This document shows positions 1 to 10,276 of a stretch of 64,000 nt of DNA, piece by piece. A program made the translations under genes and the position numbers. Positions within the stretch are counted from its first letter, which is position 1. Each line of letters opens with the position of its first letter. The DNA comes from an uncultured Pelagibacteraceae bacterium (GTDB lineage: Bacteria; Pseudomonadota; Alphaproteobacteria; Pelagibacterales; Pelagibacteraceae): the NCBI GenBank assembly GCA_902624015.1, contig CACNVV010000002.1, forward strand, positions 25,325-89,324, read 5' to 3'. The notes below the pieces were generated by a model. It was not told the origin of the DNA. It was given only the letters and a program-made list of their open reading frames with translations, and ran no database searches.

Positions 1-1655
1 AAATCTTCATAAACACTTTGTTTAGATAAATTTTTAAATTTTGAAAATGCTACAAAATGTTTAGATAGCAATTTTGCATTTTCTAATCCAATATGTCTTA
101 TCCCTAATGAATAGATTAACTTTTCTAAAGAAATATTTTTTTTTTGATCTATTGAGTATCTTAAATTTTGAACAGAAAGTTTGCCCCAGCCTTCTAACTT
201 TTCAATTTTTGAAAAATCCAGATTAAAAATATCTTGGGGATATTTAATTAATTTTAAATTCCAAAAATTTTCAATTATTTTTTTTCCTAGGCCATCTATA
301 TTAAATGCTTCTTTTGATACAAAATGTTTTAGTTTTTCAATTGAAATCTTATCACAATAATAACCTTCACTTGAACATCTTCTTACAGCATCAACTTTTT
401 TTGTTATCTTATTGAATTCTTTAATCGTTCTTGATCCACATGAAGGACAATTTTCTGGAAAAATAAACTTTTTTGAATTTTTTAATCTTTTTTTTATATC
501 TACAGAAAGTATGTGAGGTATAACATCTCCCGCTCTCTCTATGACAGCTGTATCACCTACTCTAATATCTTTTCGATTGATTTCATCTTCATTATGTAAA
601 GTTGCATTTGAAACTACAACTCCTCCAATATTTATTGGCTTGATCTTTGCAACTGGCGTTAATGCACCAGTTCTACCAACTTGTATCTCTATGTCTAAAA
701 TTTGGGAGACAGCTTTATTGGATGAGAATTTATGAGCAATTGCCCACCTTGGAGCATTAGCTACGTTTCCTAATCTTTTTTGAATTGCAAAATCGTTAAC
801 CTTGTAAACTATTCCATCTATATCAAAATCTATATCAGCTCTTTTTTTTTCAATATCTTGGTAATTTTTCATTAAGTTTTTAATACCTGAGGTTAAAATA
901 TTTAATGGGTTTGTTTTGAAACCCCATTCATTTAATTTTTTCAAATAATCAAATTGATTGTTAACTATTAAACCCTTTTCATATCCAAAAGTGTAAGCAA
1001 TAAATTTCAGGGGTATTTTTTTTGTTTCTTCTGGATTTTTTTGTCTCAATGAACCAGATGCTGCATTTCTTGGGTTGGCAAATTTTTCATTTAAACTTTT
1101 GAAATCACTATTTTGAATAAATACCTCACCGCGAATATCAATTTCCTCTGGAAAATCTTTAGAGGAAATTTCTTTTGGTATATCTTTTAATGTCTTAAGG
1201 TTGTCAGTTATATCCTCACCCTCTTTTCCATCTCCTCTGGAAAGGCCTTTGAAAAATTGACCTTTTTTATATGTTAATGATGCTGAAATCCCATCAATTT
1301 TAGGTTCAGCGCTATAATGAATTTTAAAATCATTTTTTATTGATAAATAATTTTTAATTTTTTTTTCAAAATTAACTAAATCTTCCTCTGAAAACGCATT
1401 ACCCAAAGATAACATTGGCGCTTTATGCAAAAATTTTTTGAAATTTTTTGAAGGTGTATAACCAACTTTTTCTGATGGAGATTCTTCTGATTTTAAAAAA
1501 TTAAATTTATTTTCTAAGGCTAAAATTTGTTTTTTTAAATTATCATACTCTTCATCAGTTACTTCTGGTGTATTATCATTAAAATAAGATTTATTGAATT
1601 TTTTAAGAATTTTTATTTTATTTTTATAATCATTATAAATCTTTTTTTTATTCAT
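1..1655 (-). CDS. ligA: NAD-dependent DNA ligase (5' part; runs off left edge)
   Basis: Manual minus-strand translation from ATG at 1655 gives AEPKIDGISA (KxDG adenylation motif), RGDGKEGED, ANPRNAASGSLRQ, PRWAIAHKF and QVGRTG. Absent from the ORF track because it has no stop inside the window. Confidence 0.95.
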   Translation of the reverse strand, partial: MNKKKIYNDYKNKIKILKKFNKSYFNDNTPEVTDEEYDNLKKQILALENKFNFLKSEESPSEKVGYTPSKNFKKFLHKAPMLSLGNAFSEEDLVNFEKKIKNYLSIKNDFKIHYSAEPKIDGISASLTYKKGQFFKGLSRGDGKEGEDITDNLKTLKDIPKEISSKDFPEEIDIRGEVFIQNSDFKSLNEKFANPRNAASGSLRQKNPEETKKIPLKFIAYTFGYEKGLIVNNQFDYLKKLNEWGFKTNPLNILTSGIKNLMKNYQDIEKKRADIDFDIDGIVYKVNDFAIQKRLGNVANAPRWAIAHKFSSNKAVSQILDIEIQVGRTGALTPVAKIKPINIGGVVVSNATLHNEDEINRKDIRVGDTAVIERAGDVIPHILSVDIKKRLKNSKKFIFPENCPSCGSRTIKEFNKITKKVDAVRRCSSEGYYCDKISIEKLKHFVSKEAFNIDGLGKKIIENFWNLKLIKYPQDIFNLDFSKIEKLEGWGKLSVQNLRYSIDQKKNISLEKLIYSLGIRHIGLENAKLLSKHFVAFSKFKNLSKQSVYED

Positions 1656-2498
1656 CTAATTAAAGATTGACTGGATTTTTTTTAAAAAATTTTTTTGTTT
1701 GTCTTTTTCAATTTTTAATTTATTTATTTTATTCTGTTCATATTTTTTATCGAAAAGAGCATATGAATTTTCATACCATTGAGATGATTCATAGTTATAG
1801 CCCAATAGTTTTGCATATTTTTTGGATTCTTCTTTTAGTCCTAATAAATAATAAACTTCAACTAATCTATAAAGGGCCTCTTCTATGTAAATCGTAGTAT
1901 CATAATCATTTACAACATTTTTAAATCGATTTATTGCCGGTATCCATTTTTTTCGATCAATATAGTATCTGCCAATATACATTTCTTTTGCTGCCAAAAT
2001 ATCATCTATTAGTTCAAGTTTAAAAGTTGCATCAATTGAGTATTCTGTATTAGGGTAATTAGCATTGATATACTCAAAATATTCTCTGGCTTGAAGAATT
2101 GAAAAAAGATCTTTTCTTTCATCAACTATTTGTTCATAGTGAGAAATAGCTAATAAATAGTAAGCATAATCTTTTCTTTTATGTTTAGGATAAACTTTTA
2201 AAAATCTCTCTAACTCCTCTATACAGTCATCATAATAATCCTGTGCATAATATGAATAAGCTGACATTAATAGTGCCTTAGGGGCCAAATCTGATTGTGG
2301 GAACAAAATTTCTACCTCATTAAATTTACGTGCTGCAAACAATACATCTCCTTGCTCTAAAGCCTTAATTCCCTCCATATAAGCCTCTCTTACTTGAAGA
2401 TCTAAACTTTTTTGATTTGAAATTGATTTTTCTTTTATATCTTTAGTGCATGAGACACATATTAAAACTATTGAAAACAAAAAAATAAATCTCATCAT
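1656..2498 (-). CDS. bamD: Outer membrane protein assembly factor BamD (ComL) lipoprotein
   Basis: Lipobox-like CVSC, TPR-like helices, AINRF and EEALYRLVE motifs; position after lpxC. Confidence 0.93.
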   Translation of the reverse strand: MMRFIFLFSIVLICVSCTKDIKEKSISNQKSLDLQVREAYMEGIKALEQGDVLFAARKFNEVEILFPQSDLAPKALLMSAYSYYAQDYYDDCIEELERFLKVYPKHKRKDYAYYLLAISHYEQIVDERKDLFSILQAREYFEYINANYPNTEYSIDATFKLELIDDILAAKEMYIGRYYIDRKKWIPAINRFKNVVNDYDTTIYIEEALYRLVEVYYLLGLKEESKKYAKLLGYNYESSQWYENSYALFDKKYEQNKINKLKIEKDKQKNFLKKIQSIFN

Positions 2499-2550
2499 TT
2501 ATAAATAAAAGTTATACTTATTAAGGTGAGATTTTAAAAGATATCTTTTG

Positions 2551-3471
2551 TTAAGCTATAGATCTTAAAAAGCTTTTATTAATTAAATTATGAGGTAAGT
2601 TTTTCTCTTTAATTTCAACAATAGAAAAATTGTCGTTGTTTTGAAAGACTTTTCTTAAAAGTTGATTTGTTAAATGGTGACCTCCTTGTGAACAAATTAC
2701 TGAACCAACAATCCTGTAACCAGTCGTATAAAGATCTCCTATACAATCAAGTATTTTGTGATTTACGAATTCTTTTTTATTTCTCAACCCTCCTTGATTT
2801 AAAATTTCTTTATCTTTAACAACAATAGCATTTTCCAAACTTCCACCTTTGGCTAAACCATTTTTTTTTATGAGCTCAATATCTTCAAACAAACAATAGG
2901 TTCTTGAATTAAAAATATCACTTAAATCATCTTCATAAACCTTAACCTTATTTTTTTGATTGCCTATAATTTCATTTTTGTATTTTAGTTCGAAATCAAT
3001 ATCGAGACTTAAGGTTGAAGGTTTAATTCTAATAAATCTTTCACCATCACAATACTTAACTTCTTTATTAATTTTAATTACTTTAATTGGAGAATTACTA
3101 ACCTCAATTCCAGCAGAAATAATTTTTTCAATGAAAACTTTTGCAGATCCATCTAAAATTGGTACTTCCTCATTATTTATCTCTATTAGAGCATTGTCTA
3201 TACCTAAACCAAATAATGCACCCATTAAATGCTCGATAGTCGAAACCTTTGCTCCAAAATCGTTTTCGACTGTAGTATTTAAAGAGGTGTTTGTAACATT
3301 CATAAAATTTGGATAAACTAAATTATCTTTTTCCAAGTCTATTCTTTTAAAAACTATTCCAAAATCTGGGTGAGCTGGTTTAATGCATACATCGACATTT
3401 AAACCACTATGAAGTGCTATTCCAGAAAACGACACTTTTTGTTTGACTGTTTTTTGAGTTAAATAAGACAT
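2551..3471 (-). CDS. lpxC: UDP-3-O-acyl-GlcNAc deacetylase
   Basis: QKT...GIALHSG, TIEHL and HKILDCIGDL zinc motifs. Confidence 0.97.
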   Translation of the reverse strand: MSYLTQKTVKQKVSFSGIALHSGLNVDVCIKPAHPDFGIVFKRIDLEKDNLVYPNFMNVTNTSLNTTVENDFGAKVSTIEHLMGALFGLGIDNALIEINNEEVPILDGSAKVFIEKIISAGIEVSNSPIKVIKINKEVKYCDGERFIRIKPSTLSLDIDFELKYKNEIIGNQKNKVKVYEDDLSDIFNSRTYCLFEDIELIKKNGLAKGGSLENAIVVKDKEILNQGGLRNKKEFVNHKILDCIGDLYTTGYRIVGSVICSQGGHHLTNQLLRKVFQNNDNFSIVEIKEKNLPHNLINKSFLRSIA

Positions 3472-3535
3472 AAATAAGTTTTAAAGTTAAATATGCTAAA
3501 TTTAAAAACAACTAATGTTACGGTAAAAAACAGAT

Positions 3536-4240
3536 TTAACTGAATAGTTGAAAAAATTTTTCAAAAAAACCAACTTTTTTTGTGTTTTTTGGAACTAATG
3601 TGACTTCATTTTCGTTAAATCCATTTTTAATACCATAAGTCATTTGACTAAAATCAAGGTTACTATCTCTAAAAAAATTTCTTATATAATTTCCGTCTAA
3701 ATACTGAATTATTTGAATTTGATATTTTTCCAACACTTTTTCTATTTCGTTAGTTAATCTTAAGGATATAGAACTAATTTGTATTTCTAAACAGAAATTA
3801 TCTCCACTTAAATTTTTTTCAAATAATGATTTTAATTTTCCATCAATTAAATATTTTTGAATTACAATATGCATAATTTTATTTTCTTTATAATTTTCAT
3901 TAAATAGCTCTTTTGCATCAATTATTGAATTTTCTAAATATTTTTTATTTATTATCTTTTCATAATTTTTTTTTTTTATTCCAATATTAAAATTAAAGAT
4001 TTGATTGTTTTCAATTACAAGAAATAAATTTGTAATAAATTTTCCAGTTAATTTTTCAATTTTAAAAATATTTTGATCTAAAAATTTATTTAGATGGTTT
4101 ATGTCTATTGAATTAATTTTATTTTCTAAATTAACTTCGTTAATATAATAATTAGTTTGATTTTTTGGATCAAACAAACTTATTAAAAATTTATTTGGTA
4201 ATAAAAATAAATAAGTTTCTAAATCAGCTTTCTCAGTCAT
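3536..4240 (-). CDS. Truncated/divergent FtsA-like protein (subdomain 1C-like region plus C-terminal amphipathic helix)
   Basis: Occupies the ftsA slot after ftsQ. KIMHIVIQKYLIDG..LSG resembles FtsA subdomain 1C, and it ends in GFFEKFFQLFS. No ATP-binding motifs visible; only 234 aa. Confidence 0.65.
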   Translation of the reverse strand: MTEKADLETYLFLLPNKFLISLFDPKNQTNYYINEVNLENKINSIDINHLNKFLDQNIFKIEKLTGKFITNLFLVIENNQIFNFNIGIKKKNYEKIINKKYLENSIIDAKELFNENYKENKIMHIVIQKYLIDGKLKSLFEKNLSGDNFCLEIQISSISLRLTNEIEKVLEKYQIQIIQYLDGNYIRNFFRDSNLDFSQMTYGIKNGFNENEVTLVPKNTKKVGFFEKFFQLFS

Positions 4241-4904
4241 TTAATATTATTTGATTTTTTATTCTGGTATCAATAGTTTTAAGCGTCATTTTTTTATTAT
4301 TATTTAGAAATTCATGTGCATAATTAAGCTTATCCTTTACATTATAATTTGGTAATTTTATTAAAATATTATCTTCAATTTCTAGATCCCATCTTTTAGA
4401 AGGGAAGAAATATAAATTTTTTATTTTTTCAAATGAAAATTGTGATTGATCAATAATTTTTTTCATTTCTAAAAATTCATTAATTTTTGGTTTTCCAAAA
4501 ATAAAAGGTAGATTGTTGCTAAAATTATAATTTTTAATTAATTTACCATTACTTCCAATAAGATAAGTTTGTCCTTTAATATTTATTTTTGCTAGAAATT
4601 TTGTTTCAACAATTTCAATGTTAAGTCCATAGGGATATATTTTAAAAATATTATAATTTTCAATTAATGGATTATCGTTAAATATTTTTTTAAATTTATT
4701 TTTATTAATTAAAAAAATATTTTCTAAGTTTTGATTTTTTATTTTTTTTAACATACTTAAATTTTCAATTTCATCCAGTCCTGAAATATTAATTGAATCA
4801 ATTTTGAAAATTTCTATATTATTTAATGATTTATTATTAATAGAACCAATGAGAAGAAATAAAAAAAAATAAATTAAAATTTTTTTACTTTTTCGTAGAT
4901 GCAT
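4233..4904 (-). CDS. ftsQ: Cell division protein FtsQ/DivIB (short)
   Basis: N-terminal TM helix, POTRA-like segment (KIYPYGLNIEIVE), RWDL..IKLP and IDTR C-terminal motif; follows ddl. Confidence 0.85.
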   Translation of the reverse strand: MHLRKSKKILIYFFLFLLIGSINNKSLNNIEIFKIDSINISGLDEIENLSMLKKIKNQNLENIFLINKNKFKKIFNDNPLIENYNIFKIYPYGLNIEIVETKFLAKINIKGQTYLIGSNGKLIKNYNFSNNLPFIFGKPKINEFLEMKKIIDQSQFSFEKIKNLYFFPSKRWDLEIEDNILIKLPNYNVKDKLNYAHEFLNNNKKMTLKTIDTRIKNQIILND

Positions 4905-5796
4905 CTTTTAAGATCCATTCAATTAAATTTTTAAAACTTATGCCTTTAAATTGTGCAATTTCAGGGACAAGAGATAATTTTGTCATCCCTGGCTGAGTAT
5001 TTATTTCTAATAAAAAAAATTTATTATTGTAAAATTTAAAATCTGACCTTGTTACACCTCTACAACCAATTATTTTGTGAGCTTTAAAAGCAATATTTAA
5101 AATTTGTTGTAATTTTTTTTTTGTTAAATCTACTGGTATTATATGTTTAGTTTTAGCATTAGTATTATACTTAGCTTTATAATCATAAAATTTTCTTTTA
5201 GGTTTTAATTCGATTGCACCTAATTTTTTATTGCCCATTATAGCAACTTGAATTTCTCTTCCACCAATAAATTTTTCTATCATAATTTTTTTATAGTGCT
5301 TAATCTTTTTTAAATTCTTAAATATATTTTTTCTAGAGCAAATAAATACATTGACACTTGATCCTTCATTGATTGGTTTAATTACAACTGGAAATTTTAA
5401 CTCTTTATTTATTTTTTTTATTAAATCTGAATTTTTTTTATCAAAAAAATAAATAAATGATTTTGGAGTATTAATTTTATTTTTTATAAATAATTTTTTT
5501 GAGATTTCTTTATCCATAGCAATTGAAGATGCGATGACTCCCGAGTGTGTATAAGGTATTTTAAATCTTTCAAGTGCACTTTGAATGTACCCATCTTCAC
5601 CAAACTGTCCATGTAAAGCATTAAATATTATCTTAGGTTTAAACTGATTTATATTTTTTGTTAATTTATCAGGTTCAGAAATTTTAACTGAATATCCGTT
5701 TTTTTTTAACTCTTTTGCAACTTGATAACCTGTGTCGAGACTAATTGATCTTTCTTTAGAAATGCCTCCAGATAGTATGAGAATTTTTTTTTTCAA
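4885..5796 (-). CDS. ddl: D-alanine--D-alanine ligase
   Basis: GGISKERSISL, LHGQFGEDG, EGSS, FYDYKAKY, EINTQPGMT; TTG start. Confidence 0.97.
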   Translation of the reverse strand: MKKKILILSGGISKERSISLDTGYQVAKELKKNGYSVKISEPDKLTKNINQFKPKIIFNALHGQFGEDGYIQSALERFKIPYTHSGVIASSIAMDKEISKKLFIKNKINTPKSFIYFFDKKNSDLIKKINKELKFPVVIKPINEGSSVNVFICSRKNIFKNLKKIKHYKKIMIEKFIGGREIQVAIMGNKKLGAIELKPKRKFYDYKAKYNTNAKTKHIIPVDLTKKKLQQILNIAFKAHKIIGCRGVTRSDFKFYNNKFFLLEINTQPGMTKLSLVPEIAQFKGISFKNLIEWILKDASTKK

Positions 5797-5797
5797 T

Positions 5798-6703
5798 TTA
5801 TTCTAAAATTTTTATTTCTGTTTCTAGTTTAATCCCTGTTTTCTTAAGTACACTTTGAGACACAAAATTTATTAATTTTTTCATGTCCTCAAACTTAGCA
5901 TTACCTTTATTTACAAAAAAATTACAGTGTTTTTCAGAAATTGATGCATCTCCAAAAGATTTTTCTAAAGGTACAGACTCCTTAATTAGTTGCCAAACTT
6001 TTTTATCAGATTGATCTATTGGGTTTTTAAATGTGCTACCACTTGTCTTAATTTTCGTTGGTTGGGCTCGCTCTTTTTTTTCTTTTAGTAGTCTCATCTC
6101 TTCATTGATTAATTTCTTATCTTTCCTATAACCTTTAAATGAAGCGCTTAAAAAAATAAGATCTTCTGATAATCCACTATCTCTGTATTTAAAATTAATT
6201 TCTTTTGTAGGTATAGTAATTACTTGTCCTAATTTATTTAATGCCTGTATAGAAATTAAAATATCTTTAAACTCCCTTTGAAAACAACCCGCGTTCATTT
6301 TAATACCGCCACCTATTGTACCGGGTATACATGATAGAAACTCAAACCCACCTAGACTATTTTCCATTGCAAATTCAGATAATGATTTATCTTTAACTGC
6401 ACTACCAGCCACAATGATTTCTTCAGAATGTTTAGAAATATTATTAAAATTTTGAGCAAGTTTTATTACAACTCCATCGAATTTATTGTCTGATATCAGA
6501 GTATTAGAGCCGGCTCCTAATATGAATATTTTTTCTTTATTTTGAATTTTTTTAAGAAATTTGATTAAGTCTTTTAAATTATCCGCTCTATAGAAAGCTT
6601 TAGTTTTGCCTCCTATATTAAACCAATTTTTTTTTTTTAAATCATAATCTAACTTTAAATTATCACTAAATTCTTGCTTAAGTTCTTTTAATTCAACTCT
6701 CAT
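5798..6703 (-). CDS. murB: UDP-N-acetylenolpyruvoylglucosamine reductase
   Basis: GAGSN, IPGTIGG..MNAG, SGSTFKNP, HCNFFVN. Confidence 0.97.
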   Translation of the reverse strand: MRVELKELKQEFSDNLKLDYDLKKKNWFNIGGKTKAFYRADNLKDLIKFLKKIQNKEKIFILGAGSNTLISDNKFDGVVIKLAQNFNNISKHSEEIIVAGSAVKDKSLSEFAMENSLGGFEFLSCIPGTIGGGIKMNAGCFQREFKDILISIQALNKLGQVITIPTKEINFKYRDSGLSEDLIFLSASFKGYRKDKKLINEEMRLLKEKKERAQPTKIKTSGSTFKNPIDQSDKKVWQLIKESVPLEKSFGDASISEKHCNFFVNKGNAKFEDMKKLINFVSQSVLKKTGIKLETEIKILE

Positions 6704-8097
6704 GATAATAAATCAGGTAATTCTCGCATCCAACTTGAAATAGTTCCTGCACCCATACCTATAACTATTTTTTTTCCGTATATATTTGCTTTAATAAATT
6801 TAGCTAACTGAAATTTATTATCTACTAATAATAATTGAACTTTTGAATTTTTAATTATTTCCTTTGCAAAGTTTATATAATTAAATCCAAGTTTAATTTT
6901 TTCTCCCGCTGTATAAATAGGAAAAAGAATAACTTTATCCGCATTTTTAAAAGCAAACGTAAACTCCTTTTTTAAATCTTTAAGTCTTGAAATTCTATGC
7001 GGCTGAAAAACACATATCTTCTCATAATCTTTATAAACATTTTTAACACCATCGAGCACCTCTTTGATTTCTGTAGGATGGTGGGCATAATCATCGTAAA
7101 AATTTACATCATTAAAATTAAAAATTTTATTAAATCTTCTTTGAACCCCTTTAAAATTTTTAAGTCCTTTTTTTATGTTATTAATTGGCAAACCCACTGT
7201 TAACGCCAATGCTGTTGCAGCTACAGAATTTTTAATATTATGGTTTCCTAACAAAGGAATTTTAAATTTTTTAATCAATTTATTTTTTTTATTAGGTAAT
7301 TTTATTCTTAAATCAAACTCAGAGAATTCTTTAAATTGTTTAATATTTTTTATACAAAAATTTGATTTTGTGTCTAAGCCATATGTATAGAAGTTTTTAT
7401 TTTTTATATTTTTAATTAAGTTTTTATTATTTTTGTCATCTAAACAAATAAATGATTTTCCAAATGAAGGAACCTTATTAACAAAATTTTCAAAATATTT
7501 ATTTAATTTATCCATAGTGCCATAATAATCCATATGTTCTCGATCTATGTTTGTGATGATTGAATATGTTGGGGGGATAAAAACAAAACTTCCATCAGAT
7601 TCATCTGCCTCTAATATAGACCAATCACTTTTACCAAGCTTTGCAGAATTATTTATTGAATTTATTACTCCACCATTGATAATAGTGGGATCAATTTTTG
7701 TTTCTTGAAATATGGATGCTATTAGAGATGTTGTTGTAGTTTTACCGTGTGATCCAACTACCACAATATTTTTTGTTAAAGAAACTATATTAGCAAGCAT
7801 TTCTCCTCTTTTATAAATTGGTAATTGTTTTTTTTTAGCCTCAACAAGCTCAGGATTATTTTTTTTAATAGCTGAAGATACAACTAAGATAGTTCCCCTA
7901 TGTGTATTTTGTTTCTTATGTCCAATAAAAACTTTTATTTTTTCTTTTTTTAATCTTTCAATATTTTTATTATTTGAAATATCGCTTCCTTGAACTTTAA
8001 AACCTTTTCCTCTCATTATTAATGCTAAGCCACTCATGCCTATTCCACCTATTCCAACAAAATGTATAATTTCAGATTTTGCTAATTTAATTTTCAT
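6700..8097 (-). CDS. murC: UDP-N-acetylmuramate--L-alanine ligase
   Basis: GIGGIGMSG, GSHGKTTT, EADESD, DDYAHHPTE. Confidence 0.98.
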   Translation of the reverse strand: MKIKLAKSEIIHFVGIGGIGMSGLALIMRGKGFKVQGSDISNNKNIERLKKEKIKVFIGHKKQNTHRGTILVVSSAIKKNNPELVEAKKKQLPIYKRGEMLANIVSLTKNIVVVGSHGKTTTTSLIASIFQETKIDPTIINGGVINSINNSAKLGKSDWSILEADESDGSFVFIPPTYSIITNIDREHMDYYGTMDKLNKYFENFVNKVPSFGKSFICLDDKNNKNLIKNIKNKNFYTYGLDTKSNFCIKNIKQFKEFSEFDLRIKLPNKKNKLIKKFKIPLLGNHNIKNSVAATALALTVGLPINNIKKGLKNFKGVQRRFNKIFNFNDVNFYDDYAHHPTEIKEVLDGVKNVYKDYEKICVFQPHRISRLKDLKKEFTFAFKNADKVILFPIYTAGEKIKLGFNYINFAKEIIKNSKVQLLLVDNKFQLAKFIKANIYGKKIVIGMGAGTISSWMRELPDLLS

Positions 8098-9151
8098 TGA
8101 TAATTTTTAGTATTTTTTGATTAACATTATTCCAGGTGTTTTGATAATTTAATTTCTGCAAATTATTTTTTTTTGTCATGTAATCCTGACTTTTGTTTAT
8201 CAATTCTAGTAACAATTTTCTAAATTTTTCTTCATCAAAATTTTTTTGATCAATTATCCAGCAACAATCCAGTTCTTTATAATATTTTGCGTTTTCATAC
8301 TGATGATTATCTTTTGATGATGGAAGTGGTATTGCTACAAATGGAATATTTAAGAATGATAGTTCGGCTAAACTAGATGCACCAGCTCTTGTTACACATA
8401 AATCACCTTGTTTTAAAACTTCATTCAGATTGTGTTCAAAACTGAAAACTCTACTTTTAATATTATTTTGAGAATAAAAATTTTTCAAATAATTTATATT
8501 TTTCTTACTTGTTTGATGAACAATTTCTATAGAAACCTGTTTTGATATACTTACAAAAGATTTTTTTAAAAGTTCATCAAAGATTTTTGCACCCTGACTA
8601 CCTCCTATTATTATAATTTTGAATAAATTATCTTTTTTGAGGTAAGTTTCTGTTTCATAATATTCTTTTCTTATCAAAGGGTTAATAATGGATAATTTAT
8701 CATTATTTCCAGATGGCAAATTAATTAAATTCTTTGAATAACATATTAGTTTTCTTGAAAAATTTAAAAAAAATTTATTTGCTCTTCCAAGAACCATATT
8801 TGGTTCAATTAAAAAGATTTTAATGCTTAATATTTTTGCTGCTAAACATTGTGGTAAAGACATATAGCCACCTGTAGAAATTAAAATTGAAATATTATTT
8901 TTTTTTAAAAGAAAAAAAGATTTAATAGTTAGAAATAATATTTTTAAAAATGAAAAAGGAAGTAAAAAATAATTATTTAATTTTGGAGTGTTAATTACAA
9001 ATGCTTTATAATTCTTATCTAAATACGCAAGACCTCTTTTATCAGTAGAAATTAAGATTTCATGAGTATTCTTTAAATGATTGTAAATTGTAATTGCTGG
9101 TATAACGTGACCTCCAGATCCACCTGTGGAAATTAAAACTTTTGTTTTCAT
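8087..9151 (-). CDS. murG: Lipid II GlcNAc transferase
   Basis: GGSGGH, GGSQGA, RAGASS, HQYENA. Confidence 0.96.
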   Translation of the reverse strand: MKTKVLISTGGSGGHVIPAITIYNHLKNTHEILISTDKRGLAYLDKNYKAFVINTPKLNNYFLLPFSFLKILFLTIKSFFLLKKNNISILISTGGYMSLPQCLAAKILSIKIFLIEPNMVLGRANKFFLNFSRKLICYSKNLINLPSGNNDKLSIINPLIRKEYYETETYLKKDNLFKIIIIGGSQGAKIFDELLKKSFVSISKQVSIEIVHQTSKKNINYLKNFYSQNNIKSRVFSFEHNLNEVLKQGDLCVTRAGASSLAELSFLNIPFVAIPLPSSKDNHQYENAKYYKELDCCWIIDQKNFDEEKFRKLLLELINKSQDYMTKKNNLQKLNYQNTWNNVNQKILKIINEN

Positions 9152-9154
9152 TTG

Positions 9155-10276
9155 TTAATTTATTTTTCTTTTTGTTAAATTTAAAATTATACCAGCTAAT
9201 ATTGATGTACTTATTATCGATGAACCACCATAACTTAAAAAAGGCAATGTCATTCCAGTGGTTGGAAATAATCTTATATTAACTCCAATATGAATTGTGG
9301 CCTGCATTAATATTAAACTAATAGATCCGATTAAAATAAGTTTAGCTTTATCATTTGTCTCAAAACTTATTTTTTTGAAAACCATATAAATTAAAATTAA
9401 AAACAATAATAATATTAACATTATGGCAACAACGCCAAACTCCTCAGAAATTACTGAAATAATGTAATCAGTGTGGGCCTCTGGAACTCTATTTTTAAGA
9501 ACTCCTTCACCTATACCTTTTCCAAAAAAACCTCCACTTGTAATTGACTCTATTGCTTTATCAGATTGAAAATTATGAGTACCTGTTTCTCTATTAAAAA
9601 AAGAAAAAATTCGTCCCTGGATATAATCAAATTTAGGAACAAAAATAATAAGATAAGCAAGCAAAGATGCACCAGCAATAAATATTGCTAAAAGAATATA
9701 TATATTAATTCCTGATGTGAATATAAGGGCTGCCCAACAAAATACTACTAATAAAGTTTGGCCAATATCTGGTTGAGCTATTAAAAGTAAAGAAATAACT
9801 GATATCAACATAATAGATATCAAATACTTAAATAAAATATTTGATCTAATATCACAAAAAATAGTTGCTAAAATTATTATCAAAAATGGTTTTAAAACTT
9901 CTATAGGCTGAAATCTTGGTAAGAAAAATAAGTCTATCCATCTTTTAGAACCTTTAACTTCAACACCAACGAATGGCACTAAAAATAAAGAAATAAGTGA
10001 AATAAAAAAAAGAAAAATAGAGTATTTATATAATTGATCTGAATTTAATGAGGAAAATATAAAAATAAGAGATATTCCAATTAATACATAAATCAAATGT
10101 TTAAAAAAGAAGAAATAACTGTTGGTATCTAACTTATCAGAGGCTATTAGAGAAGTTGAAACTAAAGAAAAAAATAATCCAATAACAAATAATAAACTTA
10201 TTAGTAGAAAAATAGATTTGTCTATGTTTTTCCACCATTGATAATAAAATTTGTAAACAATACTATCGCTTTGCAT
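9155..10276 (-). CDS. ftsW: SEDS peptidoglycan polymerase FtsW
   Basis: Multi-TM; GSKRWI, FQP.E, QPDIG, PEAHTD, GMTLPFLSYGGSS. Confidence 0.96.
   Translation of the reverse strand: MQSDSIVYKFYYQWWKNIDKSIFLLISLLFVIGLFFSLVSTSLIASDKLDTNSYFFFFKHLIYVLIGISLIFIFSSLNSDQLYKYSIFLFFISLISLFLVPFVGVEVKGSKRWIDLFFLPRFQPIEVLKPFLIIILATIFCDIRSNILFKYLISIMLISVISLLLIAQPDIGQTLLVVFCWAALIFTSGINIYILLAIFIAGASLLAYLIIFVPKFDYIQGRIFSFFNRETGTHNFQSDKAIESITSGGFFGKGIGEGVLKNRVPEAHTDYIISVISEEFGVVAIMLILLLFLILIYMVFKKISFETNDKAKLILIGSISLILMQATIHIGVNIRLFPTTGMTLPFLSYGGSSIISTSILAGIILNLTKRKIN

Noticed and set aside
3966-6638. 12-nt homopolymer runs (3966-3977 in the ftsA-like gene, 6627-6638 in murB) as phase-variation switches
   Set aside because: In-frame Lys codon runs expected in an AT-rich genome; murB is essential and both frames are intact
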